This document shows, one piece after another, positions 47,987 to 53,310 of a stretch of 53,310 nucleotides of DNA (position 1 is its first letter; each line of letters starts with the position of its first letter). Source of the stretch: Candidatus Moraniibacteriota bacterium. GTDB taxonomy: Bacteria > Patescibacteriota > Minisyncoccia > Moranbacterales > GCA-2747515. The position numbers and the translations under genes are program-made. The notes below the pieces were generated by a model. The model did not search any database, was not told the DNA's origin, and saw only the letters and a program-made list of their open reading frames with translations. Where the stretch lies: positions 1 through 53,310 of the forward strand of contig CALNYG010000013.1 of the NCBI GenBank assembly GCA_942490825.1. The letters are read 5' to 3'.

Positions 47987-48043
47987 TGTTTGAAAGTTTA
48001 TAATAAATTTTTTAAAATTTCTGATAATAACAAATAGTGAAAA

Positions 48044-48060
48044 GCCCGTGCGGCGAGCAC
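48044..48060 (+). repeat. Dispersed 17-nt motif, copy 6
   Basis: GCCCGTGCGGCGAGCAC. Confidence 0.9.
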
Positions 48061-48116
48061 TATTTAATTTATCGAATAATTTTTATTTAAAATTTGTGAC
48101 AGAGAAATACTAGAAT

Positions 48117-49136
48117 ATGCAGTATCTAAAAAAAACAATCTTAAAGCAAAAAAAATTATTAATAATTCTCAGTTTCTTTATTTTTTTAGTAACTATCTTT
48201 TTATTATGGCAAAAAACAGATGGAGACAGTGAAGATATTGAAATTTTTGACGAACCAAATGAAATAATAAATAATTTAGATAAATTTGAAAACAATAAAG
48301 ATTTTAAGGTGGTCATCATCGGTGATGCTCATTATAAAAATAATAAAGATGAAAAATTCAATAAAATGATTGATTTTATTGAAGAACAAAATGTAGATTT
48401 AGTTTTGACAGTAGGGGATAATCTCGGTAGCTGTAATAATAAGAGTTGTAAGAATAAAATTAAAGATTGGAAAAAGAGTTTAAAATCTTTAAGTTCTAAA
48501 ATTTTTATAACTTTAGGTAATCATGATACAAAAGGTGATAATGAGAAAATATTATCTTATTGGACGGAAAGTTTTAACTTACCAGAAAATGGTCCAAATA
48601 AATATAAAGAATTGGTATATTCTTTTAATTATGGCAATTCACACTTTGTTTTTTTAGAGAGTGATTTAAAAGAACATTTTATTGATGATATACAATTAGA
48701 TTGGCTTGAAAAAGATTTACAAAATAACATAAAATCTAATACTTTTGTTATTTATCACGAGCCAGCATTTCCAATAAAAAGTAAAGTGGATGAGAGTTTG
48801 GATGCTAAAGAAAAACAGAGAGATAAATTGTGGAAAATTATAGACAAATATAATGTAACAGCTGTTTTTTCGGGACATGAACACATACATTCAAGAAGGT
48901 TGATTGATAAAAAAGTTTTTCCAGAGGCGAAAAATAAAGTTTATCAATTTATTGTTGGGAATACTAATTATTTTGATCATGAACATGAGTTACCGGATGA
49001 TATTAGTGATATTGATGGATTAGAATTTGTGAATAATGAAAAAGTTATTTTGTTTTTAGAGGTTAAGGATAAGGAAATATATGTAAATTTATATTCAGTA
49101 GAAGGAAAATTACTGGATATTTTTAAATTAAAATAA
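48117..49136 (+). CDS. Membrane-anchored calcineurin-like metallophosphoesterase
   Basis: GDAH, VGDN, LGNHD, HEPAF, GHEH. Confidence 0.9.
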   Translation: MQYLKKTILKQKKLLIILSFFIFLVTIFLLWQKTDGDSEDIEIFDEPNEIINNLDKFENNKDFKVVIIGDAHYKNNKDEKFNKMIDFIEEQNVDLVLTVGDNLGSCNNKSCKNKIKDWKKSLKSLSSKIFITLGNHDTKGDNEKILSYWTESFNLPENGPNKYKELVYSFNYGNSHFVFLESDLKEHFIDDIQLDWLEKDLQNNIKSNTFVIYHEPAFPIKSKVDESLDAKEKQRDKLWKIIDKYNVTAVFSGHEHIHSRRLIDKKVFPEAKNKVYQFIVGNTNYFDHEHELPDDISDIDGLEFVNNEKVILFLEVKDKEIYVNLYSVEGKLLDIFKLK

Positions 49137-49164
49137 TTAATATTAATTAGATATATCAATTTTT

Positions 49165-49953
49165 ATGGAAGAAAATAATACGATAGTTTTACATTTGAGA
49201 AGTTTAATATACAGTCTAATTTTTTTAGTTGGAGTTGAAATTATAGCGGCGACCTCACTTTCTTTTTTTGATGCTGATCAAACTAGAAGTATAACCGTGG
49301 CAATCGTTTCTTTTATTTTATTTGTATTGTCGATGTATGCAGGTTGGCAAATTGGAAAAAAGAGTATCTTTTCTTTTGTGGCTTGGGGATTGGCGACTTT
49401 CTCTATAATTTTACTTTTACGTTTTATTGATAATCAAATTCAAAAATATATTTTTGCAGCTTTGATCAGCTTTGCATTTTACGCAACACTTTTAAGTGCG
49501 GAAAGATTGCGGCGAAATGTGAGTGATTTAACTGCGAGGAGTATTTTTTCTTCTTCATTTATTGCGATGCTATTTCTTTTTTATGCGGGAATGTATGGTT
49601 TTTATATTAATTTTGATGTTCCACTTTGGTTGTTGATGTTGGTTCACTTGGTGTTTAGTGCGTTTGCGACATTTAGCTCATTGTTAGTCCATTCAAGTGA
49701 TAAAGTTCGAGTATCTTTATATAGTGTGATTATTTCTTTTGCAACGATGCAATTTGTGTGGATGGCAAATTTTTGGCCGTTTGGTTATTTGACGATGGCG
49801 ACGGCTAGCTTGATGTTTTATTATATTTTATGGGACTTGGTGCACATGCTGTTTCTTCAGGAGCTTTCTAAGAAACGGGTGCTCATGAATATTGTGTTGA
49901 CTATTATTTTGCTTTTAGTTGTTTTGGTTACTTCTCGGTGGGTTTTGGTTTAG
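49165..49953 (+). CDS. Hypothetical polytopic membrane protein
   Basis: About 8 hydrophobic segments; no family motif recognised. Confidence 0.8.
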   Translation: MEENNTIVLHLRSLIYSLIFLVGVEIIAATSLSFFDADQTRSITVAIVSFILFVLSMYAGWQIGKKSIFSFVAWGLATFSIILLLRFIDNQIQKYIFAALISFAFYATLLSAERLRRNVSDLTARSIFSSSFIAMLFLFYAGMYGFYINFDVPLWLLMLVHLVFSAFATFSSLLVHSSDKVRVSLYSVIISFATMQFVWMANFWPFGYLTMATASLMFYYILWDLVHMLFLQELSKKRVLMNIVLTIILLLVVLVTSRWVLV

Positions 49954-49993
49954 AAAAGTTATAAAGTCAAAAGAGTTTTTTGAGAATTTTAAA

Positions 49994-50023
49994 AAGGGCG
50001 AACCGCGTTTGCGATTTACCCTT
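49994..50023. terminator. Hairpin between convergent genes
   Basis: aaggg...cgc-gttt-gcg...ccctt. Confidence 0.45.
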
Positions 50024-50100
50024 CTTGCTTTGACAGACTAATTATTAACAACTGAATACAATACCTTCTTTCCAAATAGACAAAGGAGGAGATGTATTTT

Positions 50101-50388
50101 CTAGCATTCTAAATCGCATCCTGTATATAACTTATCAATAATTGTTGATGTTAGCTTTGATTTTTTAAGTATCTCCTTAGTATTGGGTTGATTACTAATT
50201 AAGAAGCAAAAAAGAAGATTTGTGATATTCATGGAAACATCGGTTTGTTGCCATTGAGAATCTTTTTCTGTGAATCCGTAGGCATACACACTGCGTTCAT
50301 CTTCAAATATGATAATCGTGTGCATGTTTTGGTGGGTTAAAAAATCAAGACCTCCCCAATTGAATTCAAAGTTTTCAGACACGGACAT
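50101..50388 (-). CDS. Small hypothetical protein
   Basis: 95 aa with a strong GGAGGGTG RBS before the ATG. Confidence 0.6.
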   Translation of the reverse strand: MSVSENFEFNWGGLDFLTHQNMHTIIIFEDERSVYAYGFTEKDSQWQQTDVSMNITNLLFCFLISNQPNTKEILKKSKLTSTIIDKLYTGCDLEC

Positions 50389-50456
50389 AACTCACCCTCC
50401 TATATATTTTTTTATTGTATTATAACATCAACCCATTATTATATACTATTATTATT

Positions 50457-51188
50457 ATGTCAAATAGCATACAAAAAATATTAAAAGTAAAAATAAATAA
50501 TTTATCACGAAAAGAAATTCTAAAAAAAATAGAATCGTTTTTAGATAGCGAAAAATTTCACCAGATTACGACTACTAATGCAGAATTTATTTTAAAAGCA
50601 CAGAAGGATGGGGAATTTCGAAAGATTATAAATGAATCGGATTTGAGTGTGGCAGATACGATTTCAATTTGGTATGCGTTTATTCGACATTTTAATTTTT
50701 TGAAGTGTCGAATTGCAGGAATTGATTTGATGCAGGAGATTTTAAAAATAGCAGAGAAGAAGAACATTTTAATTTTTTTGGTTGCGAGAAAAGACGGATT
50801 GAGTAGTTGGCGAGAAACACGAGATGCAATTTTAAAACAGTTTCCTGATTTAGGTATTGAAGGTACTGATGTTAATGAAGATTTGTCTGAACAATGGGTC
50901 ATGACCCATTGTTCAAAAAATAAAAAGTGGATTGTTTTTTGTAATTTTGGAGCACCGGAACAGGATAAGTTTATTCACTCTTTGCGACAGTTTAAGGGTA
51001 GAATTTGTTTAGGCGTGGGGGTAGGTGGTAGCTTTGATTTTTTAACAGGTAAAGTCCAACGTGCTCCTAAGTGGATGAGAGTTTTAGGGCTTGAATGGAT
51101 TTATCGTTTTTTTCAGCAACCGAATCGTTGGCAACGGATTTTTAATGCAGTGATTATTTTTCCAATTCGGGTTATTTTAAATAAATAA
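50457..51188 (+). CDS. WecB/TagA/CpsF family glycosyltransferase (GT26); start at ATG 50457 preferred
   Basis: ITTTNAEF, .DLSVAD, GAPEQDKFI, GVGGSFDF, KVQRAPKWM..LGLEW.YR..QQP.R. Confidence 0.92.
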   Translation: MSNSIQKILKVKINNLSRKEILKKIESFLDSEKFHQITTTNAEFILKAQKDGEFRKIINESDLSVADTISIWYAFIRHFNFLKCRIAGIDLMQEILKIAEKKNILIFLVARKDGLSSWRETRDAILKQFPDLGIEGTDVNEDLSEQWVMTHCSKNKKWIVFCNFGAPEQDKFIHSLRQFKGRICLGVGVGGSFDFLTGKVQRAPKWMRVLGLEWIYRFFQQPNRWQRIFNAVIIFPIRVILNK

Positions 51189-51196
51189 TTTTTCTT

Positions 51197-52327
51197 ATGA
51201 CAGATTTGCAAAGAGTTAAAATTTCAATGCTTTTATTTTCTGCACATTTTTGGACAGTGGTTATTATTTTATATTTTTCTTCAAAAGATTTCTCGGATAA
51301 GGAGATATTTTCTTTTATTAGCATTTACTATTTATTTTCTATAATTTTAGAATTTCCGACTGGAGTTATTGGAGATTATTTTTCTCATAAAACTTCGGTC
51401 ATTTCAGGTTATTTTTTTCTTACCATTGGAATTTTTTCTTTTATTTTTATTAATAATTTTTGGCAATTGATTTTAGCTGGTTTTATTTATGCTTTGGGTG
51501 CAACTTTAATTTCCGGGAGTGATACAGCTCTCTTACATTCTTTTTCCAAAGATTTTCAGAAAGATTCAATTCAACTAAAAATATATTCAACAGTAATTTC
51601 AGCTATGGCATTATCATTTGGAGGTTGGATAGCTTCTTACGATTTAGGTTATCCTTTTTATATTCAATCAATATTTTTTATTTTGGCTATGTTTTTTATT
51701 TTTCCAATTAAAAATAAAAAACAAGAAAGAGAATCTGGTAATATATTTTCCACAGCTAAAAAAGGTTTGAAAAATGTTTTTGTTGATAAACATTTATTAA
51801 ACATTACAGTTTTATCTGCATTAATTTTAGGTTTCTTTTTTAATTTAAAATGGTTTTATAATCCTCTTTTTATAGAATTAGATATTAAGGTTAAGTTCTG
51901 GGGAATTATTGGAGGTGTGGCACTATTGTTTATTTTATTAGGATCTATTTTGTACAAAAAGTTTTCGAAAGTTAATATTTATTTTTTATTTTTTGTTTTG
52001 TTAATTTCAATATTTTTAATGGGATTTATATATAATTTATCGGTAGCGTTATTTGGATTATTTTTAGTTCACATAATGAGAGGATATTTTGGGGTTAAAT
52101 TTAATGTAGATACAAATAAAATCGTAAAACCAACAGTGCGAGCAAGTGTTCTATCTTTTCAAAGTTTATTGACTCGTTTAATCTCTATGTTGATAGTTTT
52201 TGTAAGTGGTTTTGTTTTAGAGAGAAATTCTTTTTTTATTTTGATGTGCGTTGTATTGGGGATTTTATTTATTTCTGGAATTTATTCAGTTATTAAAATT
52301 AATAAATTTGAAAAGAAAATTATTTAA
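51197..52327 (+). CDS. MFS transporter
   Basis: About 12 TM segments; EFPTG.IGD.F..K.S, SG.D.ALL, RASVLS. Confidence 0.85.
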   Translation: MTDLQRVKISMLLFSAHFWTVVIILYFSSKDFSDKEIFSFISIYYLFSIILEFPTGVIGDYFSHKTSVISGYFFLTIGIFSFIFINNFWQLILAGFIYALGATLISGSDTALLHSFSKDFQKDSIQLKIYSTVISAMALSFGGWIASYDLGYPFYIQSIFFILAMFFIFPIKNKKQERESGNIFSTAKKGLKNVFVDKHLLNITVLSALILGFFFNLKWFYNPLFIELDIKVKFWGIIGGVALLFILLGSILYKKFSKVNIYFLFFVLLISIFLMGFIYNLSVALFGLFLVHIMRGYFGVKFNVDTNKIVKPTVRASVLSFQSLLTRLISMLIVFVSGFVLERNSFFILMCVVLGILFISGIYSVIKINKFEKKII

Positions 52328-52395
52328 CTTTTTGACTATTATTATTTTTTAAACTAAAATTAAGTTAAATTAAAAATAACTAAAATTAATATAGT

Positions 52396-53310
52396 ATGGA
52401 AATTAATAATGAAAAAAATAGCGAGCAGTTAATTATTGATTACGTTGTTAAAAAAATAAGTGAAGGAACTTCTGGCGATGAAATTAAAAAGCAACTTCAC
52501 GCAGTAGGTTGGTCTGATGATGAGATTGATAGTATTTATGCAACAGGACTTACTCAGTGTGGTGTGCCAGCTCCAGTTAAAGGAGATGACAAAATATTTA
52601 GTAAAAAATCTACAGCAGGGGAAATTGTGGTTAATATATTCTCTTTCGTTGTTTTAGGTTTTATAGCAACTTCTTTAGGTATCTTATTTTATAACGTAAT
52701 TGATTATTTTTTTACAGATGAAATTGTTGGTGCTTATAGAAAAAAAGTTTCTTCAAGTTCAATTCATTATGCAATAGCGGTACTTATAGTTGGTTTTCCG
52801 ATGTATTATTTTTCAATGAAATTTTGGTTTCGTAGATTTAAGCGGGATGAGGGAAAAGTTGAATCACTTTTGACTAAATGGATTACTTACATTATTTTAT
52901 TAATTGGAGTAATCACTGTAGTAGGTGATTTAGTCGCAGTGTTATTTTATTTTTTACAAGGAGAAATTACAGTTAAATTTTTTCTTAAAGCACTTGTAAT
53001 TTTAATTATTTCTGGGGGAATTTTTGGTTTTTACTTTTTTGAAAGAAAGAGAATTCAGTACAAAAAAAATGTGTCTAAACAAGTTTTTTATTCTTTTGCG
53101 ATGGTTACAATATTTTTTATTGTAATAGCTATTATTGCAGGATTTTCAGTGGCGGGCTCTCCAGCGACAGAACGTAGTAGAGCATTCGATAAAACTCGTT
53201 CAAGTAATTTAAATTCCATTGCGAATTGTATTAATAGATATTCAAAAGAATATGAAAGTCTTCCAAAATCTTTAGATTTCATCGAAGATGTGAGTGGATA
53301 TTCTAATTGT
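52396..53310 (+). CDS. DUF5671-like membrane protein, runs off the window end
   Basis: Open from ATG 52396 to the end; GWS..EI N-terminal motif, IA.LIVGFP.Y, KWITY..L......GDL...L..FL.GE.T..F.LK, R.FD..R..NL..I. Confidence 0.8.
   Translation, partial: MEINNEKNSEQLIIDYVVKKISEGTSGDEIKKQLHAVGWSDDEIDSIYATGLTQCGVPAPVKGDDKIFSKKSTAGEIVVNIFSFVVLGFIATSLGILFYNVIDYFFTDEIVGAYRKKVSSSSIHYAIAVLIVGFPMYYFSMKFWFRRFKRDEGKVESLLTKWITYIILLIGVITVVGDLVAVLFYFLQGEITVKFFLKALVILIISGGIFGFYFFERKRIQYKKNVSKQVFYSFAMVTIFFIVIAIIAGFSVAGSPATERSRAFDKTRSSNLNSIANCINRYSKEYESLPKSLDFIEDVSGYSNC

Noticed and set aside
2332-48060. CRISPR array formed by the repeated motifs
   Set aside because: Copies are kilobases apart, with no regular spacers and no cas genes.
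3370-50400. Integron cassettes with attC sites as the explanation for single accessory genes
   Set aside because: Flanking hairpins lack recognisable RYYYAAC/GTTRRRY boxes, the genes are dispersed rather than arrayed, and there is no IntI.
864-53282. Short ORF-track calls overlapping larger genes on the opposite strand or another frame (e.g. 864-1115, 4058-4285, 30672-30938, 47147-47506, 53088-53282)
   Set aside because: Fully overlap well-supported genes, with no motifs or expression signals.
1-53310. Alternative genetic code (UGA=Gly or Trp, UAG recoding)
   Set aside because: All core genes are intact under code 11, conserved Trp codons are TGG, and TAG ends many genes. Only a weak read-through hypothesis is kept as a finding.

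Overview
Low-GC bacterial chromosome segment in genetic code 11, almost all genes on the + strand. Gene content, mostly SD-less starts and a giant surface protein suggest Patescibacteria/CPR, possibly Parcubacteria such as Moranbacteria (inference only). Core genes: rplI, pyrG, dnaG-rpoD-tRNA-Asn, yjbQ, mltG, gap, murD, rpsP, rplJ-rplL with an L10 leader, lepA, an FtsB-like gene, a PrsA-like foldase and clpB. These are interleaved with single accessory genes, a 3291-aa adhesin-like protein, glycosylation genes, two near-identical ISL3 copies, a REP-associated tyrosine transposase (RAYT) with GTAG palindromes and three broken genes. The most unusual signals are (1) mirror-image synonymous skew, G/T-rich to the left and A/C-rich to the right of accessory-gene slots; (2) a GC-rich 17-nt motif GCCCGTGCGGCGAGCAC in six intergenic regions, always in the same orientation, linked to REP/RAYT repeats, with one copy carrying a nested hairpin insertion; (3) unannotated small genes, including a C4 zinc finger split by an IS; (4) a nested-domain giant protein with seven mosaic 195-bp propeller repeats. 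All counts were made by eye, and coordinates of imperfect repeats may be off by a few bases.
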